Assembly: GCA_040954595.2 (NCBI GenBank)
Contig: CM082597.2
Location: 5,647,244-5,711,243, forward strand
Source of the DNA: Balanoglossus misakiensis
Lineage: Eukaryota > Animalia > Hemichordata
Reading direction: 5' to 3'
DNA: 64,000 nt
Position numbers and translations under genes: made by a program. The notes under the pieces were generated by a model, which saw only the letters and a list, made by a program, of their open reading frames with translations, made no database searches and was not told the DNA's origin. Each line of letters starts with the position of its first letter. Position 1 is the first letter of the stretch. Of the stretch, positions 1 through 12,478 are shown piece after piece.

Positions 1-3000
1 CTTGTACCCATGATAATACGCAAAGCGGTGGCTCTACTTCTCACTTCTTGCTGTATGGGGTCACGTGGTTCAAACTTCGCGATGACTTCAAATCGTGGCT
101 TGGCATCTGAACAATCCTTGACAAGTGTGTACCAGCACAGTCCTTGGAAACTGTAACGGCGACCATCGAACGTCACCATGTGGGGATCATGAGTGACTGA
201 ACCGGGTGGTGGGAGTTTGGGTGGGGGTGTGGGTGGGGGTGTGGCTGCGGAGGAAAGTGTGAGTTATCAAACATTTAGCATTTTGATTGCGAGAACATTA
301 TCTTTATAATGCCTTCAAACCCGTTTTACCTTTGTTCTTATAAAACCACTGCTATAAATGTGTATTCATACCGATTAAAAATATCATGCACCCTTCTGAA
401 TTAAAATGCCCATTCTGGTTTTTATCGTGAGCGAGTAGAAATGTCAAACAAAACTAGCCCACCAGCATAACACTTCATACTAGTATTGATTTGCATCATT
501 TGGACCAGTTTCCTTAAATTACACACATACATCTATAACAAGTTCTAAAATCACATCTGAGGTACATCAGTTAAACTATCCAGCTTATATGATTGTTGGT
601 ATTCCATACTACCTTATGACACTTTATTGCATGAGTTAAATTGCATTCTTTCAACGAGAACACCCCTAGCTACTTAAGCATGGTAATAGTAATACACGGT
701 AAATCTCAAATGATTGTACTTTGTGTATCATTTCATTTTATTTAGGCGTCATACATTATCCATAAATCCTGTTAACAATGTGTTATACAGCTATGAATAT
801 ATATGTTTAACGAATAGATGAATTCATATTGTAGATATTCTTTAAGTAAACATTTAAAGGGTCCTAATTTACTAAAGATTTACTCCTGTGTTTTAGTAAT
901 GAGGCAGCGTTCTTTGCAGAAATACCCGTTACTAACATAGTAATGGTTAATGTGCTTTTCGTTGTGTTTACGCTAACACTGTGGGGTCATTCGGTTTCTG
1001 CAATTTGTCAAAAGGGGTTGACCATGCTTGTCAATTTTTGTCAATGGTGCCAGTGCCATACATACATACACGCACGCACGCACGCACGCGCACGCACACA
1101 CACACACACACACATACACACATACACACATACACACATACATACATACATACATACATACATACATACATACATACATACATACATACATACATACATA
1201 CATACATACATACATACATACATACATACATACATACATACATACATACATACATACATACATACCCATTATATATCGTGTACCACAATCAGTACAGTCA
1301 TGACCATGGTCACAGAGGGCTGCCTCAGTACCGTAGTTACCATCTTCACAAACGCCATTGTTGGTATAAATGCCACAACTGTCCTTACATATCTCTGGTT
1401 CTGTAATTGACAATAACAAGAGAGACATGTGGGTGACTAACCGACAGTAAGAGTAACAGATACATGAATCGATGGGTGGACGGATGGAGAACAGATGGAT
1501 GGATGAAATTATGTTTCACGCAATGCCATGAACCAAACGCGTGAAAAACTACAACAGCTCGCTTTGATACAAGGTTGTATACCATAGATTCAGTTTAATC
1601 ATTTAACACTTCCATTTTCAGGCAAAGGAGAAATTTATCTGAATCATAAGAACTTTTGTTATTGGTTCATAAAAAACACACAGAGCCGATCTGCATGAAT
1701 GAAAGATTGTACACCCCAAAAACTAAAATGATGAATTGTTCAGTGCTGGTCATGGTAACAATATTGAGCGTACACTATATAACAATAAAAGATCTACTTA
1801 CGTAGGTGTACATCCCCCTGGAAAATGTAAATATATGAATATTATATGTATATGTAACATTTGTTTTTAAAAGCAACTCTGAAGACTAAAATAATCATAG
1901 TTCACTCGGATAGAAATAAGTATAGCAATAGCATAAAGTAACGTCAAGCAAACGCAAAAATACCAGTTTATCATTATTGGTTCTTTATGATTGATGAAGA
2001 TATAACATCAGCAGGATCATCTTATAACAATAAACATATAGCAAGGAAATAATATATAGGAATAAGCAAGTTAGTGAAACTTTCTCGCTGCTCAGAGTTT
2101 CACGTAACATTGGTTTAACGATTGTCAAGCGAATGATTCAACTTATTTTATTTAAACATAAGCAAACGCTGTCACGTGTCTACATAAAGATACGATGTCT
2201 ACATAAAGGTATGAGTTCATTTCTTTTATTGAGTGTGGGAAGTTCTTGGTTGCGAATGATACAAACTTTCCCTGTGAAGCTCATCAAAAACAAGGAAAAT
2301 GCAACTTTATCCCTATTGACATTGAGGAATTCTACCCCTCCATCAGCGAAAATGTCCTCAACAAAGAACTTGACTTCGCCCCTGCCCACGACAATATTAC
2401 TGACGATGAATGTAACATCATCATCCACGATACAAACGCCCCTAACACATGAACAACAATCATGGTAGAAGAAAAAAACAAGCCATTCGGCGTCACCATA
2501 GGCAGCTTTCTCTTATTCCAGTTACAGGAAATAACAGCTACACACAATAACATAGGACGTTACAGAGACAACGGACTGGCCATCTGTTTTATGGAATATG
2601 AGAAATGACGGCTTAAACCTCTTTATTCCAACCACATTTTGAAATTTCTGCTTATTATCACCACGTAGATCAAATAATATAAACTAAATGGCAGTAAAAA
2701 GACGTAATGACATTTATTCAAATGGTATCTAGATGGTTTCTTTGAGAATATGATACCATTGAAAACTGGTGAAAGTAGAAAATAGTAAACGAACCAGAAA
2801 CCGGCATTATTGCTAATTTACCTTGACTTGCATGGAATGACGTAATGTTTATCAAAAAGCCACCGGCCGCCTACTTTGGGCGATAACTTCATACTGATGA
2901 CATACGAAAAAAAACCTAAATGAACTGAAATATAAGATCATTTGTAAATGTATCCAAATACTCACCACAAAAGTGGATATGAACAATACCACGAAAAACA

Positions 3001-3010
3001 AACGATTCAT
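1..3010 (-). CDS. Secreted Cys-rich module + VWD protein, copy A (3' part outside window)
   Basis: Exons 3010-2966 (MNRLFFVVLFISTFV), 1817-1802 (16-nt micro-exon), 1400-1266 (Cys-rich module), 244-<1 (PT linker + DPHMVTFDGRRYSFQGLCWYTLV). All introns GT-AG and phase-compatible. Confidence 0.85.
1058..1265. repeat. Compound microsatellite (CATA)n/(CA)n/(CACG)n
   Basis: Directly visible; abuts the exon 3 donor of VWD copy A. Confidence 0.97.
2270..2585 (+). mobile_element. Degenerate Penelope-like retroelement reverse transcriptase fragment (intronic)
   Basis: Translates to FIPIDIEEFYPSISENVLNKELDFA...W*KKK..PFGVTIGS...NIGRYRDNGLA, matching recalled Penelope-like RT motifs (DI..FYPSI, FDVTMGSFDG, YRDDGL). 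Contains stops and frameshifts. Confidence 0.75.
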
Positions 3011-5309
3011 CTTCTCTCTGTATCTTGGTAAGAATTCTTCACCGGAACGTCTGTTCAGTTTGCGATGAGTAATTGTTGGTGTGTAGACCTTTCTTATATA
3101 GACTATAGCGAACCACGTGGTTCATTTACATGTGTTACCCAATTGGTGCTTACGGTCAGGGAATTATGACGATTCAGTCGAACCCAAAAATTTCACGCGT
3201 GATCTTTCGAGCACTTAGCAAGATAGTTTTCGTGTCAAATGCGTCAAATGGAAGTGACGAGGGGATATTGACCAATCAGCCATCTTGAATTCTAGTTTAT
3301 TGAAATTTGAGTTTCTGTTTGTCCGCACCTTGGTTTGTTTTATAAACTTTTTTTTTCAATTATCGTGAATGTGCCCGTGAATGTACGATGTCATCACTCC
3401 AGATGTTACTGAAAATGTATTGTACGGTATTATTATGTTAGGACAACCAAGACCTGGCGTAAATAATTTTAAAATTAATATCAAAGGTTATTGGGGAAAA
3501 GTAAATGGGAAAGGAATTCAGACATTGTGGCATTTTTTCAAGTAATATTGTAATTTTTTTTCATCCTGTCGCGACCGAATCCCTACCTACGTCTACACTC
3601 AATTGGGGGAAGGGGGTACGGTTCTTTTGAATCTCTCCATAACCTCCCACCATTTCATAAAGCCGTATTATGAATTTAGAAGACATTAGGTATGGTAATA
3701 ATTAGTTATACCTCTCTTTGCCTCGGGCCATTTGTTCAAACCATGCATCTTTTTTTCGTAACCGATCGTCTTGTCATTACCACGTAAATACGTTTTTTCG
3801 TTCTTCCATTGTTAGAAAGTGTCAGGTTTACTAGTAAACTGACAGAGAGGTTTAGTTACACGTAAATACGTTCGATCAGTACGCACAGCGTCGTTGTCCC
3901 GTGATAACCAGGCGTCGCGTACGTGTAGAACCACATGTTCCGAACGGCAAGACAAGAAATTATAGTGACCGAAATGACAGAGAGCACAGAACACTGGACT
4001 GAAAGATAAGAAATTGCAATGACCGAACAGCCAGAACATTGAACTGAAACAAATACACATTTGTTTGTACTTAAAACTTGTAGAGATTGAACATGGATAA
4101 AACATTGAACTGAAACAGTTTTTTTGGGGTACTTGTTTTGTTATGTATTCCTCTGGAGATGAGAAACAAAAAGGGTCACCCTGACCATGGACGCAAAAAG
4201 AGAAGGACTTCGGACTGCCACTTAAGCCCATTCACACTTATTGTGTTCTCTTTTGTCTACGCTGTCCTTTGATGTCGGGTGGTCGTTGCCTACGTCAACG
4301 TACACGGTGACACACCCCCTCGGGTACTCTCAGCAGTACTCACGAAAACTTGCTGTTTAAGTCACAAAGAAGTGGTAAATTACTGTAAAATTATCACCAT
4401 TTTACGTCCATGCCCTGACCCAGGTCTCAAATGCAATAAGCCCCTATACATTGTAGTACAAAATATCAGACCAAACAGAACAATACTCCACGTTGAGCCT
4501 GTAATGTTGTTTAGTTTACCACTGCACTGCAGCTGTTATAAACCTGTGTCTACCATCTGAAAGATAAACACGAAAAGGGACAATTTTAATGAAGAAAAGT
4601 TTAATAATAGTAACGTAAACGAAACAAGTTGCTCTGTACTATTTTGTAAACATTTTGTTAAAATATAGGCGCCCTACATAGTTTGAAAAATTGCTTGTCT
4701 GTTTTCACAGGCGTTAGAATCCACACCTGCAGAGGCGCATGAAAGAGCCAGTTTTAATACGGACATCACGAGAATGCGTCGCGTTATACAGGGGTTATTC
4801 CCCCAATTGAGTGCAGACGTAGGTAGGGATTTGCGACGGGATGAAAAAAAAAATTATTACACTATTACTTGAAAAAATGCCACAATGTCTGAATTCCTTT
4901 ACCATTTACTTTTCCCCAATAACCTTTGATATTAATTTTAAAATTATTTACGCCAGGTCTTGGTTGTCCTAACATAATAATACCGTACAGTACATTTTCA
5001 GTAACATCTGGAGTGATGACATCGTACATTCACTGGCACATTCACGATAATTGAAAAAAAAAGTTTATAAAACAAACCAAGGTGCGGACAAATAGAAACT
5101 CAAATTTCAATAAACTAGAATTCAAGATGGCTGATTGGTCAATATCCCCTCGTCACTTCCATTTCACGCATTTGACACGAAAACTATCTTGCAAAGTGCT
5201 CGAAAGATCACGCGTGAAATTGTTGGGTTCGACTGAATCGTCATAATTCCCTGACCGTATGCACCAATTGGGTAACACATGTAAATGAACCACGTGGTTC
5301 GCTATAGTC

Positions 5310-5317
5310 TATATAAG
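5310..5317 (+). promoter_or_regulatory. TATA box of VWD gene copy B (mirrored near 3094-3101 for copy A)
   Basis: TATATAAG ~85 nt upstream of the ATG, with a CCACGTGG E-box at ~5290 and ATTGG/CCAAT boxes further upstream. Confidence 0.55.
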
Positions 5318-5398
5318 AAAGGTCTATACACCAACAATTACTCATCGCAAACTGAACAGACGTTCCGGTGAAGAATTCTACCAAGATACAGAGAGAAG

Positions 5399-8300
5399 AT
5401 GAATCGTTTGTTTTTCGTGGTATTGTTCATAGCCACTTTTGTGGTGAGTATTTGGATACATTTACAAATGATCTTATATTTCAGTTCATTTAGGTTTTTT
5501 TTCGTATGCCATCAGTATGAAGTTATCGCCCGAAGTAGGGGGCCGGTGGCTTTTTGATAAACATTATTTCATTCCATGCAAGTCAAGGTAAATTAGCAAT
5601 AATGCCGGTTTCTGGTTCGTTTACTATTTTCTACTTTCACCAGTTTTCAATCGTATCATATTCTCAAAGAAACCATCTAGATACCATTTGAATAAATGTC
5701 ATTACGTCTTTTTACAGCCATTTAGTTTATATTATTTGATCTACGTGGTGATAATAAGCAGAAATTTCAAAATGTGGTTGGAATAAAGAGGTTTAAGCCG
5801 TCATTTCTCATCTTCCATAAAACAGATAGCCAGTCCGTTGTCTCTGTAACGTCCTATGTTATTGTGTGTAGCTTTTTTTCCCTGTAACTGGAATAAGAGA
5901 AAGCTGCCTACCAGTTCTGTACCGTCAAAACTGCCTATGGTGACGCCGAATTGCTTGTTTTTTTCTTCTTCCATGATTGTTGTTCATGTGTTAGGGGCGT
6001 TTGTATCGTGGATGATGATGTTACATTCATCGTCAGTAATATTGTCGTGGGCAGGGGCGAAGTCAAGTTCTTTGTTGAGGACATTTTCGCTGATGGAGGA
6101 GTAGAATTCCTCAATGTCAATAGGGATAAAGTTGCATTTTCCTTGTTTTTGATGAGCTTCACAGGGAAAGTTTGTATCATTCGCAACCAAGAACTTCCCA
6201 CACTCAATAAAAGAAATGAACTCGTACCTTTATGTAGACATCGTATCTTTATGTAGACACGTGACAGCGTTTGCTTATGTTTAAATAAAATAAGTTGAAT
6301 CATTCGCTTGACAATCGTTAAACCAATGTTACGTGAAACTCTGAGCAGCGAGAAAGTTTCACTAACTTGCTTATTCCTATATATTATTTCCTTGCTATAT
6401 GTTTATTGTTATAAGATGATCCTGCTGATGTTATATCTTCATCAATCATAAAGAACCAATAATGATAAACTGGTATTTTTGCGTTTGCTTGACGTTACTT
6501 TATGCTATTGCTGTACTTATTTCTATCCGAGTGAACTATGATTATTTTAGTCTTCAGAGTTGCTTTTAAAAACAAATGTTACATATACATATACATATAA
6601 TATTCATATATTTACATTTTCCAGGGGGATGTACACCTACGTAAGTAGATCTTTTATTGTTATATAGTGTACGCTCAATATTGTTACCATGACCAGCACT
6701 GAACAATTCATCATTTTAGTTTTTGGGGTGTACAATCTTTCATTCATGCAGATCGGCTCTGTGTGTTTTTTATGAACCAATAACAAAAGTTCTTATGATT
6801 CAGATAAATTTCTCCTTTGCCTGAAACATGGAATTGTTAAATGATTAAACTGAATTTATGGTATACAACCTTGTATCAAAGCGAGCTGTTGTAGTTTTTC
6901 ACGCATTTGGTTCATGGCATTGCGTGAAACATAATTTCATCCATCCATCTGTTCTCCATCCGTCCACCCATCGATTCATGTATCTGTTACTCTTGCTGTC
7001 GGTTAGTCACCCACATGTCTCTCTTGTTATTGTCAATTACAGAACCAGAGATATGTAAGGACAGTTGTGGCATTTATACCAACAATGGCGTTTGTGAAGA
7101 TGGTAACTACGGTACTGAGACAGCCCTCTGTGACCATGGTCATGACTGTACTGATTGTGGTACACGATATATAATGGGTATGTATGTATGTATGTATGTA
7201 TGTATGTATGTATGTATGTATGTATGTATGTATGTATGTATGTATGTATGTATGTATGTATGTATGTATGTATGTATGTATGTATGTATGTATGTATGTA
7301 TGTATGTATGTATGTATGTATGTATGTATGTATGTATGTATGTATGTATGTATGTATGTATGTATGTATGTATGTATGTATGTGTGTATGTGTGTATGTA
7401 TGTATGTATGTATGTATGTATGTATGTATGTATGTATGTATGTATGTATGTATGTATGTATGTATGTATGTATGTATGTGTATGTGTGTGTGTGCGTGCG
7501 TGCGTACGTTTGAGTGTGTGTGTGTGTGTGTGCGTGCGTGCGTGCATGCATGTATGTATGTAAGGCACTGGCACCATTGACAAAAATTGACAAGCATGGT
7601 CAACCCCTTTTGACAAATGGCAGAAATCGAATGACCCCACAGTGTTAGCGTAAACACAACGAAAAGCACATTAACCATTACTATGTTAGTAACGGGTATT
7701 TCTGCAAAGAACACTGCCTCATTACTAAAACACAGGAGTAAATCTTTAGTAAATTAGGACCCTTTAAATGTTTACTTAAAGAATATCTACAAAATGAATT
7801 CATCAATTCGTTAAACATATATATTCATAGCTGTATAACACATTGTTAACAGGATTTATGGATAATGTATGACGCCTAAATAAAATGAAATGATACACAA
7901 AGTACAATCATTTGAGATTTACCGTGTATTACTATTACCATGCTTAAGTAGCTAGGGGTGTTCTCGTTGAAAGAATGCAATTTAACTCATGCAATAAAGT
8001 GTCATAAGGTAGTATGGAATACCAACAATCATATAAGCTGGATAGTTTAACTGTTGTACCTCAGATGTGATTTTAGAACTTGTTATAGATGTATGTGTGT
8101 AATTTAAGGAAACTGGTCCAAATGATGCAAATCAATACTAGTATGAAGTGTTATGCTGGTGGGCTAGTTTTGTTTGACATTTCTACTCGCTCACGATAAA
8201 AACCACAATGGGCATTTTAATTCAAATGGGTGATATTTTTAATCGGTATGAATACACATTTATAGCAGTGGTTTTATAAGAACAAAGGTAAAACGGGTTA

Positions 8301-8707
8301 GAAGGCATTATAAAGATAATGTTCTCGCAATCAAAATGCTAAATGTTTGATAACTCACACTTTCCTCCGCAGCCACACCCCCACCCACACCCCCACCCAA
8401 ACTCCCACCACCCGGTTCAGTCACTCATGATCCCCACATGGTGACGTTCGATGGTCGCCGTTACAGTTTCCAAGGACTGTGCTGGTATACACTTGTCAAG
8501 GATTGTTCAGATGCCAAGCCACGATTTGAAGTCATCGCGAAGTTTGAACCACGTGACCCCATAGATCAAGAAGTGAGAAGTAGAGCCACCGCTTTGCGTA
8601 TTATCATGGGTACAAGAACTATCGCCATGGACCGGGACAGTTGCTATGTATGTTTTCTATATATTATTTGAAAATGCTTAATCGTTAAACACACACACAT
8701 ACACACA

Positions 8708-8753
<46 letters not shown>

Positions 8754-9558
8754 TGTAATTGTTAGCAACATATCTCCCATTCAACTGGGCATTATTGACT
8801 TCACATTGGTATGTACATAGATTTTATCTACACCATCAAACGTCTTTAGAATAAGTAATTAGGAAACAGTTGACACAACGAATCCGTATATTCAAATTAG
8901 GTCGATGGGAAAAAGATGGAAACAAAGTTTTCCATTGAGGATGGACATTTTACAGCTTGGGTCAACAAGACAGAAGACAAATCCTTCACAGCAAAACTGG
9001 TAGATCAAAACACTGGACCAGTGTTCACACTGACCTGGGATGGCCGACGACACCTGTTCTCTGCTGTGTTGACTGGGGAACGTGAAGGGAAGCTTTGTGG
9101 ATTGCTGGGAGATGCAGATGGCAACCCAATGAACGATTTTAAGATGGCAGATGGACGTATCACCAAAGATGTTAATCAATTTGGTGCCAGCTGGCAAGTT
9201 TCTGACATGAGGTATGCACCATTTAGTGAAAACGTATATCCAAAGCAAATGACCGATTTCCATGATGCATGCAGTTGTCTTTATCGTTGTTACTGTTTGC
9301 CCCTGAAATGCAATAGCGTACAATTTTGAAATATCTTCATTAAGATAAGAATCTTTAACAGCAGTTACAGAGATGTATTCTTACTTGCACTAGAATAGCA
9401 CTTTACATTCACTGCAGTACCATACTTTGTGTAGTGCTACGGTTGCCCAGCTGTCAATTGAAATATTGGTGATTAGCAACAGTCCATATTTTTATTGTGA
9501 GCATAAAAACTGTTTCCACTCTCTAACTCCCATTCTTTTTCTTTCTAGATGTGATTAA
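5399..9558 (+). CDS. Secreted Cys-rich module + single von Willebrand factor type D (VWD) domain protein, copy B, ~263 aa
   Basis: Exons 5399-5443, 6625-6640, 7043-7177, 8373-8647, 8901-9211, 9549-9558 join in frame (792 nt, GT-AG). Hydrophobic N-terminus; CKDSC..NGVCEDG..CDHGHDCTDCGTR; ATPPPTPPPKLPPP; VWD motifs DPHMVTFDG..YSFQGLCWYTL, LCGLLGDADGNPMNDF and FGASWQV..C. Confidence 0.88.
5824..6166 (-). mobile_element. Degenerate Penelope-like RT fragment (mirror copy)
   Basis: Mirror of 2270-2585; retains GSFDGTELVGS, of which 27 nt are missing in the left copy. Confidence 0.75.
7178..7561. repeat. Compound microsatellite (GTAT)n/(GT)n/(GCGT)n
   Basis: Directly visible; starts exactly at the GTATGT donor of exon 3 of VWD copy B and is much longer than its mirror copy. 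Confidence 0.97.
8688..8749. repeat. (CA)n microsatellite
   Basis: Directly visible in intron 4 of VWD copy B. Confidence 0.95.
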
Positions 9559-10355
9559 ACGGTCTCGTGGAATCAGATGCATCATATTCAACTGGTAATT
9601 TATGAAAATGAATCGGACTATAGAAACAAAACCGCGAGAAAAACATTTTCTGTCAAATGAAGACATCAAAGGCATAAATGAAAAAATGCGGTGGTGGTGG
9701 TTGTGGTGGTGGTGATGATGCTCTTGGAAGTGATTAATATTCTTCAATGGGAAATTATTGTATTTCATCATTTTGGGAAAGGTTCAATTAAAGACTTATG
9801 TCTGATAACATTGATGACTGTGCGCATGACATCTGTTTACTCGACCAAACAACATGCTTAGGCGAGCTGTCTTTTACAGCAGTTTGGTAGATGGCCAACA
9901 AACAAACAAACAAACAAACAAACACAAAGTATGTACTTATTCTTATCCCCTTGAAAACATTATCATACCAAAACCAAACGTAACTCTTAACTGTTTAATG
10001 TAAAATCTCACAATGTAGTAAGGTCAAAATATATCTTTCTCAAGTTATAGCATGCAAACTCTTGATTCTGTCAAAGTGTCGTTTACTTATTGAGGAATGA
10101 GAAACACTGCTTAAAGTAGTGCCATTGGCGATGGTGGCACTGTAAATCTACAATCTTTTAGATTCAGCGATTTATGCTGAAAAACTAGACAAACGACGTG
10201 GCTTCTACTACATGTAACATATCTAAACAATACTTCGCCTGTACGCACTTTGCATAATACCTCCAAGGGAGTTGAACTGGATTAAACTTGTTCCAATGAC
10301 AAGGGCTAACAATTGTCATGCGTCTGGAGCTCCGCATGAGAGTAAGCGCAATATA

Positions 10356-10632
10356 GGGATAAACTGTGTTACCGCCATCTTGAAAATTTGCAGTGCATTG
10401 TGGGTAAAATTAGTTCCGGTTGGGGGGGAGTAGCGTCTACAATCTATCCAATTTTCCAGCGGTTTAGTCAGATTTTCTTCATGTAACTACTACTACTAAC
10501 GTAACTTGAAGAAAATCTGACAAAACCGCTTGAAAATTGGATAGATTGTAGACGCTACTCCCCCCCAACCGGAACTAATTTTACCCACAATGCACTGCAA
10601 ATTTTCAAGATGGCGGTAACACAGTTTATCCC
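10356..10632. mobile_element. Foldback MITE with ~125-bp near-perfect terminal inverted repeats
   Basis: GGGATAAACTGTGTTACCGCCATCTTG... pairs with ...CAAGATGGCGGTAACACAGTTTATCCC; short (CTA)n loop; flanked by TATA on both sides (TA or TATA target duplication). Confidence 0.9.
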
Positions 10633-11513
10633 TATAAATCCTCTCCAAATATTATCATAAAAAGCAAGACCTACCCACTGAATTAAATCAGTTCTTTCCG
10701 TATATGAAATTACTGCTGCGTACACAACTTAGGGAAATAAGGCATCTTATTGTCATGAAGTGCGTTCGAAATGTTTCTCCCGGAAATGTTACGGCAGAAT
10801 TAGAAGTAACTTATAAAATTATCAAAATGCTGACGTCAGAATGGTTTGAATTGTGGGCTGGCAAATCGTCGATATTAATAAAGCATTGGACATTACGACA
10901 GACTGCACAGCTATTGTACTTAGCGTTCTGTGCTGAAGTATATTCCACTAATAATAAATGAAAAATTGTTGTTTTTTTGCTTGGTTGTTGAAAAGCATAT
11001 AAATCCCAACCTCACGTAAATGTTTGCAGAACACATGCATTTTGCGTTAGTTGTTTAGTCTACACTTTTCGAGTACATTAAAAGATTATAGCTTTGCTGC
11101 CAATCAAACGCGACAGGTTTTCTGTCTACAGATTTTGCCGTCGATAATCCTGCAGATTTTACCCAACTCAACAAATGTTTACACAGCTAAAGCATTATCA
11201 CTGATTTACTGTAAGAATTTTGACATATATTTCGCCAGTATCACATCTTGCTTGCAAAATATAAGACGGTGCATGGGTCAAAACCACGTTGTTCCCCTTT
11301 AAGTATTGCATGCTCTTCTGCCTATGTGATTTCTCATCCACCACTAATTGCATCGAGATATTACGCGACCCTTCGTAATTTGTTAACTGATACTTAGAAA
11401 ACGCCTCTACATTTCAACCAGCAGATAATACCTGAAGCCGGATATCAAAAGACATGCAGTCATAGTCAGTCAGTCGCTCACTCACTCACTCAGTCCAGTC
11501 AGTCAGTGATTAA

Positions 11514-12017
11514 AGGCACGTAAGCTGCAACTTTTGGGATAATTTTCATAATTTTTGTTTCACACTGCACTACCATTAGTCCATGCAGATGAAGGCAGTG
11601 AACTATACACAAGCATTATAAACCCTAAATATGAGTGCATATGCAAGTTTTAACCAGATAAATAATAAAGCTTTGCCGCAAGCGATTATGGCCGCCACCG
11701 TGGGAAAATGCAAGAAACAACGAAAATGTTGCATTTCCGGTTATGAAACTTCATAAACAAAACATGATCTCATCCACTTGAGCTCGTGGAAGTAAATGTA
11801 CACCACTGAGACATCAGATTTTCATTTTTCATTGCAATATTGCTCTTTTTTTAAAATTGCAGGAATTTTCGTTTTTCTTTAATTTTTGGCCATTTTGTCA
11901 TAAATAAGTGTTGAGCTTGATATATTATCATGAAATATCATTTAATAGACATAATTAAAAGCATATATGAGATTATTTAAAACTTTAATTTTTTATCCAG
12001 TTGCAGCTTACGTGCCT
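11514..12017. mobile_element. Non-autonomous TTAA-target DNA transposon family 1 (Kolobok-like MITE), 504 bp
   Basis: TTAA|AGGCACGTAAGCTGCAACT...AGTTGCAGCTTACGTGCCT|TTAA; near-identical copy at 23522-24025. Confidence 0.92.
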
Positions 12018-12263
12018 TTAATACACTAATATAGCATATAATGAGATCGATACGAATTTATATGTTAGCGTTACAGTATTGTAGAATATAATTGACAAAT
12101 AATTGACAAATACAGCATCGACTATGCGATGTAAGAGCACATAAATGAAAATTTAAATAACAAGTCATCATCAACCCCGTAAATGGTCAATAATATCTTA
12201 TCGGGTATAATCCGAGTAATGGCGGCAGACTACACAATCATTACTGTTGCCCACGTTGGATCA

Positions 12264-12366
12264 TAGAGAGAGAGGAGAGAGAGATGGGGGAGAGGGAGGG
12301 ATGGAGGGAGAGAGAGACAGACAGACAGAGAGACAGAGAGAGGGGGGGAGATGGAGAGAGAGAGAT
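12264..12366. repeat. GA-rich purine microsatellite
   Basis: (GA)n/(GACA)n/(GGGA)n run just downstream of the GT gene 1 stop codon. Confidence 0.85.
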
Positions 12367-12478
12367 AATAAATGCACTCCTACTAATTTTTGCATTAGGC
12401 CTAATAGCGAAACATTTTATCTGAATGATTTTTTGATGTACATCTCAGCAGTTGTATAGACCTCTAAGAGAAAGACCT

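Larger units (their letters stand above)
1..3611. repeat. Left arm of large inverted segmental duplication (continues beyond window start)
   Basis: Reverse complement of 4798-8616 apart from scattered SNPs, microsatellite length differences and a 27-nt indel. Base 1 (cttgtaccca) mirrors 8607-8616; inner end ...actcaattgggggaa (3611) mirrors ttcccccaattgagt (4798). Confidence 0.97.
4798..8616. repeat. Right arm of large inverted segmental duplication
   Basis: Mirror of 1-3611 across a unique 1186-bp spacer (3612-4797). The true outer end cannot be seen because the left arm is cut by the window edge. Confidence 0.97.

Noticed and set aside
943-1428. Six overlapping ORFs with HTYI/MYVC repeats (also 7015-7714)
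   Set aside because: Stop-free translations of (CATA)n microsatellites; only the 135-nt Cys-rich exon is credible coding sequence.
3612-4797. ORFs in the palindrome spacer (3812-4231, 4279-4560)
   Set aside because: No recognisable motifs or exon structure; only short local direct repeats are present.
9212-9329. ORF extension YAPFSENV...CSCLYRCYC as VWD C-terminus
   Set aside because: Donor AG|GTATGC at 9212 and a strong acceptor at 9548 give the more typical ending SWQVSDMRCD*; read-through is not fully excluded.
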